Assembly: GCA_951406725.2 (NCBI GenBank)
Contig: OX597814.1
Coordinates: forward strand, 186,372,001-186,436,000
Origin: Octopus vulgaris
Lineage: Eukaryota
Reading direction: 5' to 3'
DNA length: 64,000 bases
This document shows, piece after piece, positions 27,616 to 41,035 of this stretch. The position numbers were made by a program, and so were the translations under genes. Position 1 is the first letter of the stretch; each line of letters starts with the position of its first letter. A model generated the notes under the pieces. The model worked only from the letters and a program-made list of their open reading frames with translations, was not told the origin of the DNA and did not search any database.

Positions 27616-27707
27616 GAATTAGAAACAACAACCTGTGAATAGTGTTAACTAGTTAAGGAATATTCCTTAACTAGTTAACACTATTCACAGGTTGTTGCTT
27701 CTAATTC
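27616..27707. repeat. 92-bp spacer-less palindrome (46-bp arms, one mismatch)
   Basis: gaattagaaacaacaacctgtgaatagtgttaactagttaaggaat | attccttaactagttaacactattcacaggttgttgcttctaattc; the only mismatch is A27625 opposite C27698. Confidence 0.97.
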
Positions 27708-30267
27708 TTTCAAACAACATACACTTAGATATATCTTCCCTAACAAGAATAATGACCCTGTATTCAGTAAAAGGTTCATGGTAAAATGAATTAAAAATAA
27801 AGTAAATTAACTAGTTGAATTTACATGCATTTAGTTAGCCATATTTTCCCTCTTTTTTGACTCTGCCATTTCCAAAATGTGTCATGTGATACTGCAGCCT
27901 AACTTAGTTTTCAAAGTGGAGAACACCTTTTTCCTACATGAGATTACCTGTCTAAAGCAATGTTCAGCTGTTTGGGTGTTATTATAAATTATGTTAATGA
28001 GTTAAATTTCATCATGGTATTTAGTCTTAAGTTAGGAAGAATAAGACCAGCACTTTGGACATGACACAGTACAGTACTAGTGATGAGCTATAAACTACTT
28101 CTCAGGAACATGAGTGAGGTATAATATACATAATGTAGTAAAAAAAAAAAAATTTTATTACTTCATTAATTATGTGTTAATCATAATTCTTGTCAAAGAC
28201 AACTCTGAAATTCAAAATGATTAAAAATTGAATGGGGAAATGCTGTGGGAGTGAGTCCAGTCTTTGGTAAGTTGGCAGCCTGTTGACTCAACAAGCTGCT
28301 ACTTGCAGAAAATTTAAGAGATAACTAGACCCTTGCTGTTTTCTTTCTAGTTATCTTATGTTTAACATTCTCAATCAATATAGAGCCTTAAAATCATAAA
28401 TACATGGATATATAATTACATGTGTGTATTATATGAAAACTCAAACACCAGTCCAAAGAGATTAGTAGATTAGTAAAAGAGAAATAGCTGAAATTAAACA
28501 AAAGATATTTTCTGTGCATTGCCTCTTTGGTATTTCTTTATCAGTGAAATGGTGATATTGTGAGGGAAATTGCAAGATATGAAGGTGAAATGATTGCTGT
28601 CAACTATAAATGTCACCATTTAGATGCATATATAATGCATGTCTACCTTGGATACTTTATCTTAAACTTTTTAAATACCGTATCCTTTACATATAATCTG
28701 TTCTTATAGGATCTTTTCAAAACCAAACTTTGAACATAATACTATTTACCCACACCTGTGACATGTCAGTCAGTTTTAGCTAAGTTAGTTTGTCGTTTGT
28801 AAGAACTTAACAGAAGTGTGTCCCAGCACAGCCATGAAATTGAACAAATTTCTACAATATCATGTTGCACAAGAGCTTATAATTTTAGGTTTAGGCCAAG
28901 GATGCTTGTAAACAGGCATTATGGGTTGGGGTGGAGTTAAGTGGATTTAATGGATATGTAAATCTGAGATAAAGTAGCCTCTTATAAAATACCCAAGGAA
29001 ACTAAATTACTCCTTTTGATCTTAGCTTGCTTTAAATGGAACTCATTGTGCAGTCCTTGAACTCACAATTTTCTTGGTTACATCATTTACTATCTTTAAT
29101 TCTCTACATTGGAGATAACTTAAGAATATCTGTATTTTTATGTATGTGTATGGGTTTATTTTATCTTCTGTCTGTAGCGTTCTGTCAAGTGTTCACAATT
29201 TGTCTGGGTGGTCCATGAAAAGGGGGAGAAGAATGTGTGTTTACAGTCAAAGTAGTCAAGAATTTGTTATTATTAGAAGTGGGGTGGGAAGAGACTGCTA
29301 ATTTGAAGCAACTGTTGACATGACAGCAGAATTGAATATTGTCTGATCTTTTTCGCAATTCATATGCCAACATATAATCTAAGAACTTTGAAGAAAAAGT
29401 AATAGAGCTTCAATTTTTATATCTGCAAGTTATAAAAGCATACATATGAGACAAAATAATTGTGTGACACATTATCAGTTTTATTCTCTCTCTCACATCC
29501 TTATTATTGCTTATTCTTCTCATATTTATTCTCTCATATTTTGTTATCTCTCATTTACATTCTGTTTTGTTGTTTAAAATTTAAACATGTACATGCAATC
29601 CAATCTTAGGTTAACTAATAAATTTAGTTCCATTTTTAAAGTTCTATTTTTCTGCTTATTTGCTGGAAAGGGTAACTTTAAAAATTCCAATTATTTTCAT
29701 TCTAACAGAATGATTTTGATCTTTGAATATATATATTGTGCCAAAAATCTAAAATTGCATACATCTTATAATTACTTTATTATAATTAAACATCTAATAA
29801 CATTTATGATCTGAAAACAAATTGCATTGAAACACCTTATTTTGTTTTCTCTCTTTAAATTTTTACTAATTGCGTCATTGGAATTTCAATTATTTTCGAA
29901 ATATATTCAATCAAAATTTCAAGGAAACTTCGTTTTTAATTTCCTTTATTGTTTTATCATTGCTTGAATATCCTTCAATCTAGGATGTGTCAAGAGAAGT
30001 TATAGAAATTACACAAACTGAAATATGTATGTCTGTGTGTGCATTGTTTGTTTGTATGCATGCATACATGCATGCCTTTGTTTTATGAGTTGTAAGAGAT
30101 GTTTTATCCGTTTGTGCAGAAAATTTTGGCCAGTGTGTGTAGAAGAGAAATCTGCCTATATTAGTATAACAAATATGTAATAATGCAAATAGATGGAGGA
30201 AAGTATTATGGATAAATATAGAGAGTATATAACATAGATGCCTTTAAAAAAATATATATATATATAT

Positions 30268-30492
30268 ATCATCATCATCATCATTTAACGTCCGCTTTCT
30301 ATGCTAGCATGGGTTTGGTGGTTCAACCAGGCTCTGGGAAGCCAGAAGGCTGCACCAGGCCCAGTCTGATCTGGCAGTGTTCCTACAGCTGGATGCCCTT
30401 CCTAACGCCAACCACTCCATGAGTGTAGTGGGTGCTTTTTACGTGCCAGGCAAGGCTAGCAACGGCCACGATCAGTTGGTACTTTTTACGTA
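30268..30492 (-). mobile_element. RTE-type 3' tail element ((CAT)n end)
   Basis: catcatcatttaacgtccgctttctatgctagcatggg...ggatgcccttcctaacgccaacc, shared with 41036, 63262 and the 3' end of the LINE at 35640-36570. Confidence 0.75.
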
Positions 30493-30789
30493 TATAAAAG
30501 AGGAGGGTCAGACTCATTACTTATTCCAGGACTGCTGAGGCTGGTGGAAGAAAGGGATGGTTAGTAATCAGGATCCTCAGCTAGAATGTTTGAACTATGT
30601 ACTGTGCTAAAGGCACCCAAGGACAAGTGGTGGTGTTAAACCAGATGTGAGGTTTAAGTCTACCACCCACCACTCATTGGCGTTCTCCAATAACTTGTGA
30701 GCCTTATTTAGTAATGGTTTTATGTTTAAATTCATTTTAAACTTTAATTTTAGTGACTAACAAGATAAAATAACAAAGTGTCTTTTAGT

Positions 30790-31105
30790 AAGGTTGTGGT
30801 ATGGCTCAGTGATTAGAGCATCGGGCTCACAATCATGAGGTACTGAGTTCGATTCCTGGACTGGGCTGTGTGTTGTGTTCTTGGGCAAGACACTTTATTT
30901 CACATTACTCCAGTTCACCCAGCTGTAGAAATGAGTTGCCGTGTCACTGGTGCCAAGCTGTATTGACTTTTGCCTTTCCCTTGGATAACGTCACTGGTGT
31001 GGAGAGAAGAGGCTGGTATACATGGGCAACTGTTGGTCTTCTGTAAACAACCTTGCCCAGACTTGTACCTCAGAGGGGAACTTTCTTGGTGCAATCCCAT
31101 TTTTG
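30790..31105 (+). mobile_element. tRNA-derived SINE family 3
   Basis: tggctcagtgattagagc...gagttcgattcc; body matches the 11500 copy. Confidence 0.85.
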
Positions 31106-32340
31106 ACTGTCTCTTTGAATTTGTAGTTAAGATTCTTTCTGTCACATGAATGTAATGTAATTGATGGTGCAACTATCTGCTTCAGCAATACATTTAATGA
31201 TCTCTCTCTCTCTCTCTCTCTCTCAGATGTCTTATCTGTAATTCACTCATGTAATATAAAATATCAAATTATATCTGTAAAGATTCTGCCATACTCACAC
31301 ACATTTTATTAGCTGTGTTTTGTATGAAAATTAAGACAATTGTTTGAAGAGAAAGTAACAAGTTGCTATTCAAGACAGTGTCAATAATGCTTTACATTAA
31401 GTCATATCACCAACATGTTTTATATCTGTGAAGACTTTAGGTTCCATGTTGACTGACGCAGCTTAGCTGTCCAAAGTGTAGTGTTTTATAATCAGAATAA
31501 ATCTGGTGAAATGCCCAAAACAGTAGCTTACATTGCTCATCTTCCCAACTGTGTGTTGTAAACCGGTTTGGTTCCTGTAGCAACAAAGCCCCTGGTGGCT
31601 TCTCTGTAATTTTTATTGATCGTTTGTGAGTAAAATCAGGCCAAAGAAAGCTTAAGATGAATACTGAGATAAGACTTCAGATATATTATAGATGAAATGA
31701 TTCAGGCTGAATTAAATATATTGAAAAAAGATGTTTAGTGCTGAACAGAATTACATATATTGAAAAAAGATGTTTTGTGTTAGCCTATTCTACCTATGTC
31801 AAGATACAAAAATGATTTTAAAACAATGAGGATGCTTTATAGTCAAGTTAGCACCCTTTACAGTTTTGGTGAATCAATATTTAAACGATCACATCCTTCT
31901 CACCTCAAATTACATGAATCACTATCAAGATTAATGAATCACGTCACAGTTTTTCTTCATAAATCCCATATACCACTCCTGCAAATAGGTAGATCAAAAA
32001 TTATTAATGCTTTCAGCTTTTATTTGTCTTTTTTATTATGTATATTAGTGAATTATTTTTTTGTTATTTACATAGCAGAATATTCTTTAATGACTCATAC
32101 ACATGAAATAGACTGCTTCATTTGTTGTGTACTTTAATAATTATGAGAATTTCATACTCCTTTGTGTGTGTGTTTTAACAGTGATTTTGTGCAGATAATA
32201 CAAAGCCAAATGAAATTCTGTACAAAAATCAAATGTCAACCAAGGCAATCTGAGTTCAGTCCCCAGTAGGTTCTCACTTTTTATTGGATTTCATGTTGGC
32301 TTTGTATTTGTGTACAAAAACATTCTGCTTAAAAAACATA

Positions 32341-32738
32341 TACTCTTTTACTCTTTTACTTGTTTCAGTCATTTGACTGCGGCCATGCTGGAGCACCGCC
32401 TTTAGTCGAGCAAATTGACCCCGGGACTTATTCTTTGTAAGCCCAGTACTTATTCTATCGGTCTTTTTTTGCCGAACCGCTAAGTGACGGGGACGTAAAC
32501 ACACCAGCATCAGTTGTCAAGCAATGCTAGGGGGGCAAACATATACACACACACTCATATATATATACATATATACGACAGGCTTCTTTCAGTTTCCGTC
32601 TACCAAATCCACTCACAAGGCATTGGTCGGCCCGGGGCTATAGCAGAAGACACTTGCCCAAGATGCCATGCAGTGGGACTGAACCCGGAACCATGTGGTT
32701 AGTTAGCAAGCTACTTACCACACAGCCACTCCTGCACC
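32341..32738 (-). mobile_element. SINE family 2, full length, CpG-retaining (young)
   Basis: Reverse complement of the 22095 copy, with a (AAAAGAGT)n-type tail. Confidence 0.9.
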
Positions 32739-33944
32739 TATATAGAAATACTTGCTTTTCAATCCTGCTTTACTCTTCACTAAAAAAAAAAAATGTACAG
32801 GAAAAAATAAATTCAGTTTTATACACACACACACACAGATGCACACACAAATTTTTCTATCACACCAAAGAAAAAACTAAGTATTAAATTCACTTTAGTT
32901 TTGTTAAAATATGTTTGTGATATATTCTAACTTTTAAAGGCAAATTTCACTGCACTTACCATGGAGAAAAAAATTCTCTCTTGTGGTAAAAGGTATAAAA
33001 ATACCATTTCTGCCCCGTACATCCCGAGCCGGATGTTTCTGGTTAATTAACTTATATTTGTAAATAATTAACCATGGCTTTTAACATTGGCGTGAGCATA
33101 GTGAGATTAGATTCATTTCACTACCTGACTGGTATATATTAAAATAAATCCAGAAGGATGAAAAGTAAGGTCTGCTATAATAGCATTTGAACTTAGAATG
33201 GAAGAGACATGAAATTAGTTCTATAAAGCATCTTGTCTGGCACACTTCCATCTCAGACTTTAACTTTTTCATACAATATAAATAAGATCTTATCTACTTG
33301 TTTTAGTTGTAATATAATATACTCCACTTCAAATAAATCTATTTTCTTGAAGGTACAGGTTATGTCAGTATATAAACCACAGCCATTTTAATTTGTTTGC
33401 AAATATAGAATATTAATCAAAATCTAAGGAAATGCATCAGATCACACACCGATCCTATCAAGTTTATCTTTTCGCTACTAGCTTTACCTGAACCTGGTTG
33501 CATATCCCCAACTCACACCTTTCAAATTCATTTATAGTTACCTTAGTAAATAACTGCTAAAGGATGAAGTTGATAAAAAGAAAAGACAATTTTATGTCTG
33601 CATCATGTATTATTGTAAATTGGAGGAGGTGAATAACCACATATGATGAATCATTTCAACTTTTGAAAATATTAAGCTAACCACTTCCCATTGTAAATTT
33701 AGGAAGTATACAGGAGTGACATAAGTACCATGATGTACGATGTACAGCTTCCAGTGAACTGAGTAGGTAATTTGAGTGTGATTAGTATCATAAGTACAGA
33801 CAGGCATAAGAGTATGAAGCTTGCTTCTTCAGGTTCAGTCCTACTGTGCGGTAACTTGGCAAGTATCTTCTACTACAGCCCTGGGACAACTAAAGCCTTG
33901 TTAGTGGATTTTGTAAACAGAAGCTGGAAGAAGCCATTCACATA

Positions 33945-33982
33945 TACATATATACATGTTAGTATATATATATGTGTGCGCG

Positions 33983-34017
<35 letters not shown>

Positions 34018-34393
34018 GTATGTATGTATATGTATGTATGTATGTATGTATGTATATATATATGTATGTATATATATGTATATATGTATGTATATATATG
34101 TATATATATATATATATGTATATATATGTATATATATATATGTATATATATGTATATATTATATATATATATGTATGTATATATATGTATATATATATAT
34201 GCCTATATGTATATATATGCCTATATGTATGTGTATATATGTATGTGTATATATGTATGTATATATATGTATATATATGTATGTGTATATATGTATGTAT
34301 ATATATGTATATATATATATATGCCTATATGTATGTGTATATATGTATGTATATATATATATATATATATATCTATATGTATGTGTATATATG

Positions 34394-34434
<41 letters not shown>

Positions 34435-34507
34435 GTATGTATATATGTATGTGTATATATATATGTATGTATATATGTATGTGTATATATATATGTATGT
34501 ATATATG

Positions 34508-34548
<41 letters not shown>

Positions 34549-35027
34549 ATATATATATGTATGTATATATGTATGTGTATATATATATGTATGTATATAT
34601 GTATGTGTATATATATATGTATGTATATATGTATGTGTATATATATATGTATGTATATATGTATGTGTATATATGTATGTATATATGTATGTGTATATAT
34701 ATGTATGTATATATGTATGTGTATATATATATGTATGTATATATGTATGTGTATATATATGTATGTATATATGTATGTGTATATATATATGTATGTATAT
34801 ATGTATGTGTATATATATATGTATATATATATGTATGTGTATATATATATGTATGTATATATGTATGTGTATATATATATGTATGTATATATATATGTAT
34901 ATATGTATGTATATATATATATGTATGTGTATATATGTATATATATGTACATATGTGTGTGTGTGTGTGTGTATATGTGTATATATACATCTCATATATA
35001 TGTGTATATGTATATTTGTATATATAT
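33945..35027. repeat. About 1.1-kb compound TA/TATG/TG microsatellite with 28-30 bp higher-order periodicity
   Basis: Unit gtatgtatatatgtatgtgtatatatat(at) is repeated through 34430-34900; explains the 236-444 aa spurious ORFs. Confidence 0.97.
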
Positions 35028-35639
35028 TTGGGTCTACTTGGACCACATTTTAAAGATGAGGAATGTTTCCCTAGAGGCAGCACTCTTTAAAATGTGGCAC
35101 AAGTAAGCCCAAATGAAATTGGGTTATAATACTAATACATAGATATAGATACACACACACACACACAGGTGCAGGTGTGATCTGTATAATTAAGAAGTTT
35201 GCTTCTCAACTGGACTGTTTCATGTTCAGTGCCACTGTGTGACACCTTGGGCTAGTCTCTTATCCTATAACCCCAGTACAACCTAGGCCTTATGAGTGGG
35301 TCTAGTAAACAGAAAATGAAAGAAGCCCATTGCATATATGTGTGTGTTTGTGTCACTTTGTCTTGACAAATCATGATAGTTGTAAATGAGCATGACTGTC
35401 ATACAAGCAGTGTCATTCATTTTCTGTTTCTTGAAAAAGGTTGTCTGCTAATTGCTTTGAAACAATTAAAGGTTGGTGTCAGAAAGAGCAACTGGCCATA
35501 GAATATATCCCACTGCAGGCTGTAGACACATAAGAGGTGGAGCAGTATCATTGGAAGACTAACAGAGAAAGTAGTCTTGGAGTGGAAGAAGTAAAGGTAC
35601 ATTAAACACCAGGAATGTACAAAAGATAGACCCCCTGAA

Positions 35640-36570
35640 ATGTCAGGGATGGATGTCCTTAGAAGTAGTGGATAGTTTCCCTTAATTAGGTGACCAAGTT
35701 AGTAGTGGGGGAGGTTGTTTTGAAAGCATAGCTGCTAGAATAAGAATAGGGTGGGGCAAAGTTCAGAGAGCTACTACTTCTTATTTCTTTATTGCTCACA
35801 AGGGGCTAAACATAGAGGGGACAAACAAGGACAGACTAAGGGGTTAAGTCGATTACATCAACCCCGGTGCATAACTGGTACTTAATTTTTCGACCCCGAA
35901 AGGATGAAAGGCAAAGTCAACCTCGGCGGGAATTTGAACTCAGAACGTAGTGGCAGACGAAATATCACTAAGCGTTTTGCCCGGCGTGCTAACGGTTCTG
36001 CCAGCTCGCCGCCTTAAGCTACTACTTCTACTACTTCTATTAGTAACAAAGGGCCTCTCCCTCAGAGTTAAAGGCAGATTGTACGATGCCTGTGTAAGAA
36101 GAGCTCTGCTACATGACAGTGAGACATGGGCTGTGCCTACTGATGATGTGTGAAAGCTTGAAAGAAATGAAGCCATGTGACAAAGTGGTGAGAAAGGATC
36201 TACAGACATTGGGATTCACAAAGGGGATGACAGGGGATCAAGACTTCTAGTGGTTTACTGTCTTAAGAAGACACGTCAAGGTAAGTAAAAAGCATAGTTG
36301 CCCTTATATACAGGCTGTCCCCTGCATCCATTTCCAGCTGAGCATTCCGAACCTTGCTGGCTCGTGGGTGCTGGTGTCATGTAAAAAGTACCTGTACCAC
36401 ATAAACGCACCCATACTGGTGGTGTGTAAAAGCACCCAGTACACTCTGTAAAGCGGTTGGTGTTTGGAAGGTCATTCAGCCATAGAAACTATGCCAAAAC
36501 AGATACGGAGCCTGGGTAGCTCTTCAGCTGGTCAACCCTTGCCAGCATGGAAAACAGACGTTAAATGATG
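35640..36570 (+). mobile_element. RTE-clade LINE 3' fragment interrupted by a SINE
   Basis: Translates LEVVDSFP.LGDQVSSGGGC.ESIAARIRIGW.KFRELL | LLVTKGLSLRVKGRLYDACVRRALLHDSETWAV, typical of the RTE RT C-terminus. Ends gttaaatgatga. Confidence 0.85.
35782..36016 (-). mobile_element. SINE family 1 with perfect 13-bp TSD, inside the LINE
   Basis: TSD agctactacttct at 35769-35781 and 36017-36029. Confidence 0.92.
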
Positions 36571-37217
36571 ATTGTGTGTGTGATTGTAAGTGTCTTTGCA
36601 TCTGTGTTTGTCTCCCACTACTGCTTGACAATTGTTGTTGGTGTGTTTACATTCCTGTAACTAAACAGTTCACCAAAAGAGACTGATGAAGTAAGTACCA
36701 GGCTTCAAAAAACAAGTCCTGGGTCAATTTGTTTGACTAAAAATTCTTCGTGGTGGTGCCCCAGCATGGCCGCAGTCTAATGACTGAAACAAGTAAATGA
36801 TAAAAGATACAAAAAGATAAATGCTTTAACAGCAAACACGATATGCACCAGACCAATCTTTTGATGGTCACTGCAAAAAAAAAACCAGTAAAATATTAGA
36901 CAGATGGTAATGGTGTCCTCATGTAGCTAACTTCACTAGTGCCATACCAATGGCTATGTAAAATATGGGGGGGTTTCTCTGCTTCACTGTGTAAATCCAG
37001 AATGTGTATACTACTACCACTAATTAATTGTAGTTGAGTTTTGCTCCCTGTATGTCTAGAAAAGGTCATAGCATTCTCAGGAAACCAATTCAGACAAAAA
37101 TGTTTGTTACAAAATATGATTTGGTGGTTCTGGTGAACCTTGGAAACTACTCTGACCTTTCAGTGCCTGTTTGACTATTTGCGTTTTTTTGTTTTTTTTG
37201 CATGTGTGTATATGTAT

Positions 37218-37253
<36 letters not shown>

Positions 37254-38648
37254 TTCTCTCTTGTACACATGCACACACTCACAGACATGCATACACACTC
37301 AGACACATATGTGTACATGTGTGTGTGTTAGGTTACAGACTCTTGTTTTTATTGAATAGTATTGTGCATTTCTCTTCTAAAACAAAACCAAAAACAGAGA
37401 ACTGACTTGATATAGCATTACATAATATTTAAATAATATCTCAAATTATTTAATCAAACAATATCAAAGTAAGCATTAGGTGGTAGTGTTTTTTAACCAT
37501 TGTTTTGACTTTCTGCACCATTTAAACGTTCAGTAGCATCCATCAACTGCTCTGAGTAACTTTCAACTTGAATATATTAAATGTATTGAAATAATTATTT
37601 GATAATTTTATTATTATCATTATTATTATTATTATTATTTGTTGTTGTTATTATTATTATTTTCCATTTACTTAAAACAAATAAAATGATAAATTTTTTT
37701 GTTTAAAATTTATTGCTAAAGTGTAATACTGAGATGAACACACATACACACCACATTCGTCATACCCTCTCTTTAGTACTTATGGGTTTTCCTTTTTACT
37801 TCCTCTGTGGTGACAGTACCTGAGCTGTATCTGTTGGTGAAAATTCATCTTCATTCATTAAGTTGATAAATTTATTTGTGACATCTAAAGCCTGTTACTG
37901 ATGACAACTTTTACTTTCAAATAAGGTTGCACTTAGAATAATAGACTTCCTCTTGGTTTCCTCTCTAAGTTTCCTGTGTCCTCCTATTTTGCTTCCTGTT
38001 CTTAATAAACACTCAATAAGAAAAAAAGTTGATTTATAATGATAATAAGTATGTAATTTAAATTCCAGAGTATATCCTAAAATCTGATAGGTTGAAACTT
38101 CTATATTCTCTCCAACACCCACAATTTCTACATAGACATTTTTATTGCAAGACATAACAGAGTGGGCAGGGTACTTTAGGGGAGTCATCTTACTGTAGTG
38201 ATAAATTGATAAGTTTAGGGAATTGGTTATTACTCACTGAGACTAAAAGTTATTTATGATCTTTTGACTTCACCTAATTCATTGGTATCTTACAAAGTAA
38301 GTAACTGCCTCGTGTCTACTCATGAAATTAAACTTAATTACTTATTACCACTTATCACTGCTAGAAATATGTTTATTTGTACACATGAACCATGTGAGTA
38401 TGTTTGATAGAAAGGGTGAGATGAAATAAGGTTTTTGAAAATCTGACAGAAAAATGTTTGAAGAAAAAGAACTAAATAGCCCTTATCTCTGAAAAGTATT
38501 TCTTGTATATACCTAGTTAATAAGAAAACTTGGGACATTTATTTCAACCAAATTTGAATAGAAGATAGTTCTGACAGTCTGAACTGCTAGATCAAACCTA
38601 ATCATTATTTGACTCTTTGGAAATTGTTGTTAGTCAAGATATTGATGC

Positions 38649-38685
<37 letters not shown>

Positions 38686-39505
38686 ACTGAAAGATGTGTG
38701 GTCAATAGAAGTAGGACAACAGTTAAAAGATGCCTGGTATGGTGTCACTGTACTGTAAAAATAAACTGCTGAATCAAAACAACTGGTTCAATTTAGGAGG
38801 AGGGCACTGGTTTGTTTCTCCTTTATCATTTGTGAGTTTCTCCACAAACATCTTTATTGCTTCTCTTTTAGGGGAAGGGAAAGATTGAATAGAGAATAAA
38901 ACAGCCAAGGGAAATCTCTTGCTGAGAACAGCAAAAATGTGGAATGGTGAAAAATTCCTGTGTGTATTGACTCAGTAAGGATGGCAGTTTGATTGGAGGC
39001 TTGTTGTGTGGAATGCATGGCTAATAGACAGAACACTCAGTGGTAGTTTTTCTTTAAAGCAGCGACAATGAATATGGAACATTGTCAGATAGTTGATTGT
39101 TGATGACTATTCTGATTGAGCTGGCAAGTGGAGGATAGCACTTCACTTGGCTCTGTTCATGTAGTTTCATGGAAAAGGAATAAATATTTTCTCAGATAAA
39201 CAAATAATAGTATTTTTTATATATTTATATATATATATATATTTTAACATTTACTTGGGTGTTTGTAGTAGCATACAATTGTTGGGATTGAAATACTTCC
39301 AAACTGAATATGTGATTTATAGATTACAGAAGTTATAATTAATAAAGTAGAAACTTCTCTCGCCAAAAGATTACACCAGCATAATTTCTAAATTGCGGTA
39401 ATAATTAAATAGCTGAATTGCTATTATTATTAATTATTATTATTATTATTATTATTATTATCATTCTATGTTTGACTTTTGCTTTACATTTGTACCAGTT
39501 GGCTC

Positions 39506-39544
<39 letters not shown>

Positions 39545-39979
39545 GTAAATAGATAGTTTTGTTGAAATAAATGTGTAAAAGATTGGTTTATGTCAATGGA
39601 AAATATTTAATTTATTAGAAGGAAACAAGCAAGATTTTGAGGTGCTTCTAAACAATTTCATATGTTGATGTATATTAAAAAGAAACTAATCACAGATATT
39701 TAAATGTATAGTTAACAATTTAATTTGAGGCTAAAGTATGTTAGAGGAAAAAGTATTAGTGTGTTGCTATCCCACATTATATAATGGAAGAAAATAAAGA
39801 TGGTGACGAGGTACCAGAGCAAACTCTGAGAAATTAAGTATCTAACTAAAAATACACTGGGGGTCAATTTGTTCGACTAAAACCTTTCAAAGCAGTACCT
39901 CAGCACATTTGCAGTCCACTAAATGAAACAAGTAAAATATAAAAGATTATATTGGATAAAAATAACAATTTATTACCAA

Positions 39980-40313
39980 GTCCCACTGTGTGGCATCTTG
40001 GGCAAGTGTCTTCTGCTATAGCCCCGGGCCGACCAATGCCTTGTGAGTGGATTTGGTAGACGGAAACTGAAAGAAGCCTGTCGTATATATGTATATATAT
40101 GTGTGTGTGGGTTTGTGTGTCTGTGTTTGTCCCCCTAGCATTGCTTGACAACTGATGCTGGTATGTTTACGTCCCCGTCACTTAGCAGTTCGGCAAAAGA
40201 GACCGATAGAATAAGTACTGGGCTTACAAAGAATAAGTCCCGGGGTTGATTTGATCGACTAAAGGCGGTGCTCCTGCATGGCTGCAGTCAAATGACTGAA
40301 ACAAGTAAAAGAG

Positions 40314-40315
<2 letters not shown>
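39980..40315 (+). mobile_element. SINE family 2, 5'-truncated, followed by an A-run
   Basis: Matches the 22095 copy from agtcccactgtgtggc onward. Confidence 0.88.
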
Positions 40316-40345
<30 letters not shown>

Positions 40346-41035
40346 TTCATTTTTCTATTGCTGTACAATGTCCCTTGATTGGAATGGTAACTTGCACATG
40401 TATGCTTGTGTAAACACACACAGACATAAGCAAGCTTTCTAATCTACTTAAGGTAATCGCCTACTTTCTCCCCTAAGGCTAATTATTCCTACCAGTACAA
40501 TAAGCAGATAGTTTTATAAAACTCACTATTGCCGCATTAAGATGCCAATGTTACATTTTTCTATGATTGTAGGAGGCATTTTCGTTGCTTGTGAATTGGT
40601 TATAATTTCACTTAGCTCCAGTTAAGCCTGCATCATTCAACTGTGGTTGACTCATTTCCGTTCCCATTACAACTACACTTTTTTTTACAACAGTTGTTAC
40701 CTAACACTGATATACAAGTATTGTAAGTTCATAGGATCTTATTTAAACCCCACTTCAAATATTCTAGGGTTACAGGATATCCAGCTTAATCTGTTGCCAC
40801 CATAACAATTTCTGTGATAATGTATCATTGCATTGTCAAACACTGCTGATGTATATTTATAATAAATCATCTGTACAACTGCACTACACCCAAGCTAAGC
40901 ATTGTTAGTACAAGAGGTCAAGCAGTCTTTGTATATTTGGTGACTATGCATTTTCACCTGATTGAGTGCAGTAAAATGAGTAGCAATCAGATATTAGAAT
41001 GCATTCGCTTAACTGCATTCCTTTGTGATGTTTTT

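Noticed and set aside
31710-31780. 39-bp tandem duplication (aattaaatatattgaaaaaagatgttt)
   Set aside because: Real but trivial slippage-type duplication with no sign of function.
33772-35106. Longest ORFs in the window (236-444 aa)
   Set aside because: Almost entirely microsatellite (Y/I/C/V/M repeats) plus a SINE fragment; not genes.
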